64,000 bases of DNA from Macrostomum lignano (taxonomy: Eukaryota). The notes beneath the pieces are model-generated. The model made no database searches. It was given only the letters and a program-made list of their open reading frames with translations, and was not told the origin of the DNA. Both the position numbers and the translations under genes were made by a program. Position 1 is the stretch's first letter. Every line of letters begins with the position of its first letter. This document shows positions 25,301-37,700 of the stretch, in pieces. The stretch lies in contig NIVC01002850.1 of assembly GCA_002269645.1 (NCBI GenBank), positions 71,559 through 135,558 on the forward strand. Direction: 5' to 3'.

Positions 25301-26026
25301 TTTGACGATCCAATCTCATCCTAAAATTCTATTTTCACCCTAACATTCTGGTCTGACCCTAAGATTTTGTCTTATCTTATGATTCCTGTCTCACCCTAAG
25401 ACTCTAGTCTCACCCTATGACTCTAGTCTCACCCTAAGACTCTATTAGACTCTAAGATTCTAGTCTCACCCTAAGACTCTAATCTCACCCCAAGATTTTA
25501 GTGTAAGCCTAAGTTTCTAGTCTCAGGCTAAGATTCTAGTCTCACTCTAAGACTCTAGTCTCACCCTAAGACTCTAGTCAGACTCTAAGACTCTAGTCGC
25601 ACCTTAAGACTCTAGTCAGACTCTAAGACTCTAGTCTTACCCTAAGACTCTAGTCTCACCCTAAGACTCTAGTCTCACCCTAAGAATCTAATCCCAACTA
25701 CATAACCGGCCCAGGTGAGCGTCTGGAAATTTGAAGGCCTCCAACCTGGCCGCCTGCTGGCTCTGCAGTCGCCAAACAATTCCTTGGGCCGGCTGCTCAT
25801 GTTGAGCCGCGACCGTGGCAACATCTACAGCGTCAGCGAGGAATTCGGCTGCTTCCCGTTGACCCACCCGGCGTCCGAGGGAGGTCAGGCCTTCACGGCA
25901 TTCTGCTCGTTGAATGAGCGACCAGCTGCGGTCAGCAGCAATGGTGACACAACAACAGCATCAGCTACTACCATCGACATCTTGGCAGCCACGAAGGATT
26001 CTCTGTACTTGCTACAGGCGTCGTAA
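22364..26026 (+). CDS. Uncharacterised 3-exon gene, ~490 aa, possible beta-propeller-like C-terminal region
   Basis: Exons 22364-23149, 24513-24893 and 25715-26026; all junctions are GT-AG phase 0 and the joined frame is open to TAA. The N-terminus is disordered. The C-terminal part has alternating beta-strand-like segments (IVGVAMSENGLAFLIF, LGFDIDPTDDQLVVA). No family recognised with certainty. Confidence 0.7.
23915..24030. repeat. ~39-bp repeat x3 (cattttgaggtggcgccactt...)
   Basis: Read directly; the core resembles the reverse strand of the 22-bp array at 52310-52420. Confidence 0.7.
25230..25690. repeat. 19-bp minisatellite (ccctaagactctagtctca), degenerate at the left end
   Basis: Read directly; the unit contains the self-complementary agact-ct-agtct. 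Confidence 0.88.
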
Positions 26027-29000
26027 AAATTGATTCTAAATTACCAATTATTAATATTGCCAGTATAGTTTTATGAGCTGCCAGGTTTGTCTAAACCAAC
26101 TGAAATTTAGTATATCTAAACGGTAAACAACCGATCGCCGTAGTTTTAACCATAATTTCCCACGTTGCAATAGAACATGCAATAACAATAACTCTTTAAA
26201 GTGGACATAAGTGTTATTAAATCGAAAATTTCATAAATTTTCTCAGCTAATGAGTTAATTGCCTGTTTTTAAAATGACATAGTGATCAAAATCAACATAA
26301 GAATTTCCGCGATTGCAATAGAATTGTATTTAAAGTTATTGTATACGAAAACTCTGACAAGGCAAAATACTTTTTCTGTTGAAGCTTTGCAATAGATAAA
26401 TTATTTTCAGCAAATTATAGACTAGAAATTTAATAAAACTAATTTCAGTTCCTTGACACAATCGTTTATTTGCAATATTTTTAACTTGTTTTGTTATAGT
26501 TGGAAGTAAATTAGTTTTTCTGATTTCATAGAAAAATTAAAGCGCTCTATAATCAATATCTACCGAACTACTACAATAAATCAAATATTTCCTATTTATT
26601 AGCTAAATTAATTATACCAATCTGAGCAAAAAAAACACTAAATAACGGAGAAATAAAATTTTGCGTCTAACTCTAATATAACACGCATACACGTCATATA
26701 TAATTCTTATTTTAGTTCAAGCCTTCTTAATTCGTTAATTAATAAAATCCACGACAAACAAGAATTAATAATACTAACAATAACCCCTAACGAAACCAAA
26801 TTTTACCTCGAAACGCATTTAAGTTAACGATTTTCAGACTAATTGTTGCTATGATAGGTTTCGGCCTTTTCGGCCCCATTCGGGAAGCCTTCGGGCCTCA
26901 GGTCTTAGAAATAAATCAATTAGAGTCCTGGCCCCCCACTCCTGTCAGATGGTCAGCCCCATGGTAGCTTGATCTGTGGCGAGCAGTCTAGGTTCTAAAG
27001 CTAAGAGAGGGACAGCGAGAGACAAGCAGGGAGAATTTTGAAGATAGAGATCAGCTAATCCGCAGATTAACTAACCCGCTGCCACCAGCCCGTGCGTCCT
27101 GGCTCACCACACCGGGACTCTCGAAATCGGGCTTCCGACTAGAAGGGGGCTTGCACTACCTGCCAACTAGTGTCTTTTTGCTGTCAATCTCGAAGTCCTA
27201 GCCGGTGATAAGGGACACTGCTGGGACTAGATCGCATTGGCCATGCAGGTACAGAGGGGACTTGTGCAGGGGATTCTTGCAGTGGCGAGACTATGGGGTA
27301 GCTACATGTACTATTACATTGCTAAATACGAAGAATTGTACTTTTGGCCTTCAACGCACAAATCAGCCTCTCGTAGCACTGATGATAGACTAACTCGAAC
27401 CTCAGAGACCGCATGATTCATTACCCGAGCCGCTTGGCGAACCTAGGGTGCACAGAGTACACCTCTAGCGCCGGTTTCGCACTATTGGCAATTTCGCTAA
27501 CTGATTCGATAGATTGATCGACTGAGAACTGCTTTGCCATTGGTCCACTGTGACCGGCGCCTACTAGCTTAGCTACTCATCTGAGTCATCGGCAAACAAA
27601 AAAATAAAACCGATTAAAATAACCTTCTCCTTAGATAACTTCACACTTCAGATTGAATTGGAACAATCAGACTACTAGCAGTATTATTGAATGATTTCTG
27701 GCTCAATAACAGCACTGCTGAACAAAATGAGCAAAAGTGTGCGCCTAATCCAGCTACTGAAACAGGGGACAGGTAAGGGATCACCCAATCAAGCAAGTCT
27801 AGGTAGCCTCTCACCCAACCAATCAGAAACTCAACAGCTGGAGACCAGGAAATCCACAGTGACCGAATCGGCTTAGTGCTTCGCAGCTGTAGACTCGGGA
27901 TGATGCTGATGTCACAACCTTCGCAGATAGCTATCAGGTGATGCTCTTAACCTTGATGTTCGCTGCTGACGACCGGGGCGATTCGTCCTTGATGATGATG
28001 GGGGGAGTCGTGATCCGGGGATCAAGAGACGACGGTCGAGCTCCGGGAGGTCTAAGTTAGGCCAAAGTCCCAGGAGGCGGGCGGAGCAGGAGGTTGAGTC
28101 CGAGCGGGCCAAAAACACCGGTTTAAATAGCCGCCAACTGGACCGCAATTTGTTATAATGGAACACCTCGACGCTGATTGGCTGAGCCGATTTTTTATAA
28201 CGCACGTAGAATTTTCTGATTGGCTGAGCTTGTTGCCACCCAAACTCACGTGACCAGAAGATCCTATCAGTTTCCTCGGGGTCATAGAAATACGACAGGT
28301 GCGGTCATAAATCACTCAAAATCGCTACATTGATTTATGACCTTTCGCATAGCAATGACAAAAATTAATGAAAAAATATACATTAGAAAGCTCTTACTAT
28401 TAAGTAACTATTCAGTAGAAAGTGAAGAAATCGCTAATCGCTAATTCCAACGTACTTTTAGGGGTAAAACGTTTAGTTTTCAAAGCTGTCACACGCTTGA
28501 GCAAACACGAACAATAGGTCCTGACCTCATAAATCTTGATGGCCTGTCAAAATGATGAGAAAAAAGCTACCGCCCGCATCCTCTCAGACCATCTGGCGCC
28601 AGTCTCAGTATTGAGTGAGGCGCAGGTGGCTGTCAGACCAGCTCGAAAGCAATGATTTATGACCCAAAAGCCGCACCTATGTTATTATAACTACAAGTAT
28701 GGCAAAATCATATAACTATTATGAATTCTAGGAAAATTACATAAAGAGAAGTAAAAATGCACATAGCCTGTTGTTAGTAGGCTAGTAAGTTTGGAGCCCA
28801 TGTGCGAACGTGAAGTTTGGAAAAAGTGCGTCCTCATCAGCTATATTAATTTGGCATGGCACACAAACACCTGAACTTTATTATCAGCGCCACACTAACT
28901 TATTCTGTTCCTTAACTACTACTACATACACCAGCTAAGTAGCAAATCAGGGATATAAAATTATTTATTACAGCTTTGCTACACGAGTACTGATTTTACT

Positions 29001-29477
29001 GTAGCAATTCACGAAAAATAGATCAGCTAAAAGACAGGTCAGATTAAAGAAAAGTTGCAATAGCCCGAAGGGCAAGCTTATATGGGCATGCGATATCTTC
29101 TTTGATTGATCTGCAGTCACTATCTAATCGGAAGTGAGCTGCAGTCTGCATGCATGCTTGGCATAGCTTGGTGACTAGCCAGATGACTTAGCATGCATAT
29201 CGATCGACAAAATGAGAGTGCAGGAGAGAAAACGATTCTCGGTTTTTTTGACGACTCTCCATCATCTACAATATTGTACGCAATGATTTATATTAGCTAA
29301 GATCTCTTTGCTTCTTTGTGCTTCTTTTGACTTCGAAGTTGTTATAGATACTCGCTGCAGTGCATACCCCGCCATGGTAATATCTAAATCCTGTAACCAT
29401 GCATATACTTGTTGAATCTTCTCACACTTCCTGAAGTCATCACGCCGCCCTAAAGTTTTCAAAACTCCCTTCGTGAA

Positions 29478-30108
29478 GTCATCAAACCTCTCTGAAGTCA
29501 TCAAACCTCTCTGAAGTCATCAAACCTCTCTGAAGTCATCAAACCTCTCTGAAGTCATCAAACCTCTCTGAAGTCATCAAACCTCTCTGAAGTCATCAAA
29601 CCTCTCTGAAGTCATCAAACCTCTCTGAAGTCATCAAACCTCTCTGAAGTCATCAAACCTCTCTGAAGTCATCAAACCTCTCTGAAGTCATCAAACCTCT
29701 CTGAAGTCATCAAACCTCTCTGAAGTCATCAAACCTCTCTGAAGTCATCAAACCTCTCTGAAGTCATCAAACCTCTCTGAAGTCATCAAACCTCTCTGAA
29801 GTCATCAAATCTCTTTGAAGTCATCAAACCTCTTTGAAGTCATCAAATCTCTCTGAAGTCATCAAACCTCTCTGAAGTCATCAAACCTCTCTGAAGTTAT
29901 CACACTTCCCTGAAGTCATCAAGCCTCTCTGAAGTCATCAAACCTCTCTGAAGTCATCAAACCTCTCTGAAGTCATCAAACCTCTCTGAAGTCATCAAAC
30001 CTCTCTGAAGTCATCAAACCTCTCTGAAGTCATCCCACCTCCCTGAAGTTATCACACTTCCCTGAAGTCATCACACCTCCCTGAAGTCATCACGTCTTCC
30101 TGAAGTCA
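29478..30108. repeat. 19-bp minisatellite (gtcatcaaacctctctgaa), ~33 copies
   Basis: Direct reading. Confidence 0.95.
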
Positions 30109-30689
30109 TGGGTCATGGAAATTCCTAAAAAGTTTTCAGATCTTTCAGCACTCTTCCTGAAGTTATATTTATCGCATCATGCACACAACTCGTACCTAAT
30201 ATAAATAAACTTGCTCAACATTTTGTTGTTGCTTTTACAAGCTTCCAGACTAGAACCCAAATAACTATATTCTCTATACCGCAGACATCTGCCCATTGCA
30301 TATCAATGAGCAGTCTCTCTCCCCTTGGGAGACTTTGGTTTGACCAGCCAATCACCCAACCAAAACCGCTTCCTTACAATGTCTGTCGCTCTCTCTTTCT
30401 CTCTCTCCCTCTCGATCTCCTTTTTTACCCCACTCAGTCTCTCCTTTGAGTCTTTTCCTACTTTCACTTGGCTCGCTTTCGCAAGCGCAGAATTGCTTTT
30501 ATAGTTCAGAGTTGTAGATTGTTTCCTTGCTAAATTGAATTTGGAAGCACTTAAAAAGCGGCAAAGAAGATTCTTAACTTGCTAATAAAACCGACACAAG
30601 CACTGAACGTTTTTGTGGTGAGTTTGTATCTTAATGTGTTTTGGGTAGCCATTTTTTTATTAGAGGCCGGGGCTTTCTGCAGCCTAGTG

Positions 30690-31200
30690 CACGTTGAGCG
30701 GCATTGTCACACAACCGGCGGGATCGCATCGGCGAGGCCGGTCTGTAGACACAGCGGCGAGGCAAGCGTCGCCCATTCCGCTAATCGCTGAGAAGCCCCC
30801 ATAGGCTAGGGCGCGGGGCCGGTCAGGGAGGTCTGCCGGTCCTGTCTGCAGTGTTGTCTTCGGTGGGTAAGACGGAGGTTCCGGAGGTGGCCCGGAGGAA
30901 GCGGGTGAGCCGTGGGATGTTTTCGGGTCTGCAGGCGTCGTTTAGGGACGGGTTGGGCCCGAGGTATTTGAGCCGGTCTCGGTTGAAGCCCGGGCAATGG
31001 CAGACGAAGTGCTTAGCGTCCTCGGTCTCGAGGTTGCAGAAGGGGGAGAGTTCGCTCCTGCAGTGGTCGCCTTGGAGGAAACAATGCTTGGAAAAGCAAC
31101 AGGGACCTGTGAAGATCATAGTGAGAGCGCGGATACCTTTTAGATTCTGGTGCCCCCGAACCTCAGAGGGAAGAGCAGCTCTGCGAAAAACGCGTTTTGC
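30690..31200 (-). mobile_element. 5'-truncated, diverged LOA-clade LINE fragment (ORF2 C-terminus plus 3' UTR)
   Basis: Translation FTGPCCFSKHCFLQG..PFCNLETEDAKHFVCHCPGFNRDRLKYLGPNP matches the zinc-knuckle C-terminus of the full element at 37918-38250. It shares the 14-mer cgcccattccgcta in the 3' UTR. Confidence 0.9.
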
Positions 31201-31974
31201 ACCATGTGTGAGCGTACGTAACTTCATGCATGTGTGCTCAGAGGTCAGTGTAATGCTTAGAATTGCTTGTTATACTGGGCAGCAATGGGAATAGCCGTAT
31301 TGATTTTCGGCAGTGCCCCGAATTCCCCTGCAATCTGACTGACTACCCACGAGGATAAAAATGACACTATGTACTACTGACCTTACAATAAACTTTTATA
31401 AACGTACAGAAAGCACTCTACTGGTTGCCGCAACAGTACCTTAGATGGGTGTTGTCCTTAGTTCTTTTGATAGTTTTGATTTTCTAGGATTTTATCTAAG
31501 AAATGGGTGCCTCTCGCCTAAATCTTGATTCTGGTTTCATCATTTTCTTGTTGCAGTAGAAAATTCATTTCCGATTCATGAGAAAGTCGAGTTTTGGACT
31601 CGACTGGCTCTTATTCATTATACTCTAGTCTATACTTATTATACTCTAGTATTTACATAAGTGTATGTAGTATTACATAGTACTTATGTAATATATATAG
31701 TATGTAATATATAGTATAGTGTAATATATATATAGTATTTTAGTATGCTGTATTATACTCTCTAGACAGAGTTTGGGTGGCCAAGCGTTCGATGCTGCTG
31801 TGGACCGAGGTCCCCCATTGGCGTTAAGGCTATTTTACAAACTCAATATTGCATATGCTTGAAACTAATAATATATTGTCCTTTCCTCTTTTCTAGTCTC
31901 TCATTCTCTCCTTCTCTGACAATTTTTAAGTATATAACGCAATTTCTTATAATATGGCGTCATTTCTGGTAGTC

Positions 31975-32275
31975 TCATCTAATCTTCTCTCCTCTCCGCT
32001 CCAATCCTCTCCTCTCCCCTGTCTTCTTCTCTCATTTCCTCTCCTCTCATCTCCCCTCTCCTCTCCTCTCCTCTCCTCTCCTCTCCTCTCCTCTCCTCTC
32101 CTCTCCTCTCCTCTCCTCTCCTCTCCTCTCCTCTCCTCTCCTCTCCTCTCCTCTCCTCTCCTCTCCCTTCTCTCCCTTCTCTTCTCTCCTCTTCTCTCCC
32201 TTCTCTCCTCTCCCCTCTCTTCTCATCTCCTCTCCTCTCCTCTCCTCTTCCCTCTCCTCTCCTCTTCTCTCTTTA
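31975..32275. repeat. (CCTCT)n microsatellite
   Basis: Direct reading. Confidence 0.95.
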
Positions 32276-33504
32276 CAGTTAGTTACAGAGCACTTAGTAT
32301 ATTAATTTATTAAAAACTGTCATTCATTCCGGACTTTATATTTACAGAACATCGGCTTAGAGCACATATTGCGGATTGTTACATTGTCTAATCCTGTGCC
32401 AGACTGTCTCTACCCAGCAAAAGGTCTTGATTTGTTTGAGTGGCAGCGGATTAATATTCACACGGGCTGTAAAAAAACTAAAGTATGAAAAAATGTATGT
32501 CTGTCTATAATATCGTGAGGTCAGGAATCAGAGAAATAGAATTTCAAAAGTATTTTGCCTAAAACTCTTTCCTGGCGAAGTTAGCTCCCGATTTTCGGCG
32601 ATGAAATGAATGATCGGCCATCAGATGAACTAAGATTGTTGTCAGCATTCATTCTATAGCATCCATGATGTATGCATGGCGTAATTTCCACTAGTCTAAG
32701 CGCCATTTCTAATAGTCTAAGCGCCACTACTAGAAGTTTAAGAGCTACTTCGAATAGTGTAAGCTGTAGAAAAAACAATTACAATAATAACTTATCGATG
32801 TGTACATACATGTAAGCTCGCATGTACGGTTGATTTGCGTTATGTGGCATTCAGCTAGTTATCGAATGGCGCTCACGCAGAGAGCCCCGGCTAGCCAAAT
32901 AATTATTTTGATGGACCGACAGACCGTCGATAAGGCGAGAGATAACACGGCTAAAATTGGCCCGCCACCGTCCCTAATTAGCTTTAATGGCTACTGCGAG
33001 AGCTGAGCTCAGCTGATGCGAACACACAACGCGCGGGCGATAATGGACAAAGTGGGTATAAATATTACGCTCGTAGGATACCTACAGCATGCTATCTTTT
33101 GCGCTCTAATTTTTAACGAATCTTGGGAAACCTGGATAAAAAGAAGACTTGTACTTCTCCTCATTTTCTGTGTGCGAAAATTCAGAGCTGTGTGTTTGTG
33201 TCTCTCAGTTTATCTCTCTCTCTTGACTGCGACTGGCAGAAAAAGTCAATAAGTCAGACAGTAAATCGATTTTTTAGGAGTTTTTTTACGAGCTATTTGC
33301 TTCGTTGTCTCAGTTTGGCAAAATTATCAATTTTTTTTATTGAGTTCCTTTAAGCGGATAAAGAAGTAGTTCCTTTTCCGATGTTTAAAAATCATTTTTG
33401 TAAACTTTTAAATTCTACTTTGCGAATCCCATGAGCCTAGTAAAAGAATTCACTGAATTTAAAAATCTGCTCTGTTTAATAATAGATTATTTTCACTTTT
33501 TAGT

Positions 33505-33910
33505 GTATGTAGAGCCTCACTCAAAGATAATAGTGCGGAGGGTAGAAGCCTCACTCAACAATAATATATAGTGCGGAGGGTAGAGAGCCTCACTCAACGA
33601 TAATATATAGGGCGGAGGGTAGAGAGCCTCACTCAACGATAATATATCGAGCGGAGGGTAGAGAGCCTCACTCAACGATAATATATAGAGCGGAGGGTAG
33701 AGAGCCTCACTCAACAATAATATAGTGTGGAGGGTAGAGAGCCTCACTCAACAATAATATATAATGCGGAGGGTAGAGCGCCTCACTTAACAATAATATA
33801 TAATGCGGAGGGTAGAGAGCCTCACTCAACAATAATATAGTGCGGAGGGTAGAGAGCCTCACTCAACAATAATATAGTGCGGAGGGTAGACAGCCTCACT
33901 CAACAATAGT
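33505..33910. repeat. ~37-39-bp minisatellite (agcctcactcaacaataatatatagtgcggagggtagag), ~10 copies
   Basis: Direct reading. Confidence 0.92.
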
Positions 33911-34716
33911 ATAAATTGAATGCTGTAAGCAGGGAGACCTCTCAAGTATGGAAGACAGAGGGAGTGTATAGTATGCAATATAGAGCTGCTTTGGTCCATT
34001 GGCTATGAATACTGCTATAATACGAGCACGCTGCACCCAGATAAAAAGTGCCCATCTTGATTGGCGACTGGTTTAGAGAGGACTGCGCTGAGAGAGTGCT
34101 AACGAAATTTTCTTTTGCTAGAGTGATCACCGCTTGAAGACCAGTCAGCCGGTCTCTCCGATCAAGCTTCAGTAGCCGCATAGCAGCATCCCAGGAAAGC
34201 AGCTAAATTTGCTATCTCTGCTTTTGCTACTAGGGGTGAAATTATAGCTAGTCTACTGTAATCTAACTATATCTCCGGCAGCTTAGTGATGCGTGAGACG
34301 GACAGAGAGACAGAAAGCGATGATGAAGCGCCGCGATGAAGGATAGGACTCCAGCTATATCTAGGAACTAGCTATTGCTAATATTAGACTAGATGGAGAT
34401 AAGAAGGCTATTGCAAGAGAGTCTTGAAGGATCGAGTGACACAGAGTTGCACTGAGTTGGTATTCTCTGAGGCAAGAGGTGTCAAGCGGTGTGTCCACTC
34501 CAGCAGTTGCTGAGCCACTCTCTAAAGTCCTCTCTTCTACAGATCTCTCCCCTATCCTCTCTGAAGTCTGCCGGTAACCACTTAAAATCGCCTGATCATA
34601 TATACTCGTATGCATATTGCACTTCGCGTAGTTACAAAAATTCGTATCATGTATATATATGTATGTATACAACAACAACAAACAACAGAGTACGCTGCCA
34701 GTTCACAAAAGCAGCG

Positions 34717-37700
34717 TCAGATGGCGCGCTTCAAAGCTTGGGCGCGAACAAAAGCCGCACCGCCGGCAGAGTCCGGGGCGCCGGCGTCAGCCAGCAGACA
34801 GTCGACGTAGCGCCGAGTCCTCGCCTGTCCCCGCCGGTAGGGTGCCTGCAACGTAAGCAGCAGCACCTCCTGCACCGGCTCCGGACAGTAGGCCTCGGCG
34901 CGGATGACGTGGCCTGCCAGCTGGAGTCGCCGACGGCGCAGCAGATCGCTAGGACGGGCCAGGCCGGCGCGATGATAGAGCGCCGTGTTGGTGACTCGCT
35001 CGTTGCCGATCTTGAAGGCGGCGCGCAGCAGGCCAGCGTGCGCCGCGTCGACTTGAGCCTCGAGCGAGTCCGTCAGCGTCCAGGTCTCGGCGTTGTATAA
35101 CAGGACGGTCTCGATCACCGCCTGGAACAGCGCCGCCCTCTGGCGGTCCGGTAGGGCCTCGGACTGCAGGACTGACCTTATAGAACGAAAGGCAGCCCAA
35201 GCAAGTCCTCGGCGACGCCGCAGATTCTCGCGGACGTCGGGAACCAGACCGCCGAGGTAGACGAACTGCTGACATCTTGGAAGCTCACTCGCCTGTCCGT
35301 CAGCGCCTCGGCAGAAGATTGCAGCCTCGGTGTCGTCCGGCACGCATAGCACGACGGTCTTCTGCGTGTTGACCACCAGGCCGACGCTCGCCGCAACGGC
35401 AACCAGCCTATCCAGCTGTCGTTGGGCGCCCTCGACGGTCGAGGACAGCAGGGCGAGGTCATCGGCGTAGCCAAGCACGCTGAGCCGTCTCTCCGGTTGG
35501 CGTCGACCCACGCGTCGCCGCAGCAGGAAGCCGTCGTCGTTGGAAGGCAGAGCAGTCCGTAGCACCCAGTCAAGCACCAGAATAAATAGAAACGGCGCTA
35601 GCGTATCTCCCTGGAGCACCCCGGAGGATGTCTCGAAGAAATCCGATAGGCCGTCCGGTGTTGAGACAGCAGCCGTCGTGCCGTGGTACAGCGCCATGAC
35701 AGCAGAAATCAGCAGCTCTGGCACGTTGTACGCACGGAGCACCTCTGGGAGCGCGTCCCTCACGACCGAGTCGAAAGCCTTCCTGAAATCGACGAAGATC
35801 AGGATCAGGGTCAACTGGCGGATGCGCGCCTCCTCGATGACTCGTCGAAGAGCCAGGATCTGCGTCACTGTGCCGCGATGGGGCCGGAATCCGTTCTGCT
35901 CAGGTCGCAGGTACGGGTCCAGCACAGGCTGTAACCGCGATAGCAGCATGCGGTTGAACAGCTTCGCGGCGCAGGACTGTAGGCAGATTGGAATGGCGAC
36001 GATGTGCGCCGTGGTCCATTCGTTTGGCGCCACCTCACCGAAAAGCACGCGGTTCATCACTCTGGCGACCTCAGTGGCCACGCAGTGGATCCGCAGCGCC
36101 TCGGTGGGCACCTCGTCCGGACCAAGCGCTTTGCCGCCCGGCGTCTGCCGAGCGAACTTCACAACGTCGGCTGTGCTGACTGGGGCAACATTGAAGCTCT
36201 CCTCCGCCGGCAACGGCGTCTCCGGCGGCAGCCTCAGATTTTCTGGAAGCGGAGGGGGCGGCGCGTTGACAATGGCGGCGAAGAACTCGCGCAGCTCGTT
36301 CCTGCGCTCATCCGGAGTGTCGCCTGCCAGGTTGAGCGCAATGCGCCGCTTTCGCCCCGTCAGAGTGTTGATGGCGGACCAGGCCACGCGCCCTCTGGCA
36401 TCGGGCCCTGCGGCAGAGACGGCTTGGATGGCGTCATCGACAGCGGACTGCTGCCGCTGCAGGTAGACAGCCGCCAGAGCCTCCTCCGCCTCGCGAGTTG
36501 GCCGCCCACTCAGACGAAGCTTCTCCAGATCTTCCCTCGCTTCGTCGATCGCGGGGTCGTCCTGCCAGACCGGCTGCCCGCGCTGGGCCGGTCGCATCAG
36601 CGGGACTGCTTGCTCCGCAGCGGCTCGAACTGCAGCGCTCACCTCCGCGTACTCGGCTCCTCCACGCTTGTCGCCCATCGCAGTGACAAAGGCACCGGCA
36701 AAGCGACGTCGCGTCTCGGCGTCTCTGAGCGCGCGGTAGTAGCGCCGCGGTGGCCGCTTTGGCGGACGGTAGAGCGGGTCCCGAAGCCGAAGGTCGCAGA
36801 TGAGCAGCCGATGGTCGGACCGCAGAGCCAGCGGCGTAATGGTGTGGCAGTTGGTGACGCGGCGGCGCTCACGAAAGCGCACAAGCACGTGGTCGAGCTG
36901 TGCCAGCCTCCGCGTAGCGTTCCGGCCACGCGCGTTCCGCCGCCTCCGCTTGCAGCCCACGAAGGTCGCGAGCCTGCCCGGCGACTTGCGGAATCTGGTG
37001 TTGGCCGACACCATGTCCTGTCTCTCCAGGAAGTCCTCTAGCGCTCCGGTGTTGCCGTTCTCGCGCGCTGTCACAAACAGCGATCGCTCGGACCTACGCA
37101 GAACTGCGTTCAGGTCTCCGAGAATGACCACTGTGTCACGTTGCGCCATCTCCTCCACCCGCACCGAGAGTTGCTCGAAGAAGGCCTGAGCCTCATCGGA
37201 GCGGGTAGCAGGCGGCGCATACGCGCAGAACAGGCGGGTGTTCCGGCCGCGAAGCCGGACGTCGACCCGAAGCAGCCGAGAAGACAGGGAGATGCAGCGA
37301 CAGCTCTGCTGCAGCCTCGGTCCGATCAGCGCTCCAACTCCTCCACGGCCTCGCTCATCCGCTGAGGTGTACCAGAGTGTCCAACCGGCGCCCAGGTCCT
37401 CACAGTGAAGTCCGGGGTCGGCTCTGATAGACACCTCCTGTAGTGCGATGACATCACAGCTGAGGTCGAGCGCTAGCCTCGCCAGCAGCCCTCTCCGCCA
37501 TGTGGCCTTGAGAGTGCGGCAGTTCAGCGTCCCGACCCGAAGCGTGCCCTCTGGTACGGCTGGGGCTCGATGCTGGTGAGCCTCATGGTCCCCGGCGCCA
37601 CCCGGAAGATCCAATTGGGCCAGCGCAGCAGCAGCTCGGCGGGCGGCGCCACGTTGCCGACCTCGCCAGTTTCGCTCGCGACGGCGTTCAACTCGCCGAC

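Noticed and set aside
33920-34600. Possible solo LTR or primer-binding site left of the RTE
   Set aside because: No second LTR copy, no clear TG..CA ends, and TGGTTACC does not match a tRNA 3' end I can identify.
34645-34670. Target-site duplication for the RTE
   Set aside because: Both flanks are TA/GTATA-rich, but I found no exact duplicated word at 34650-34669 and 44240-44290.
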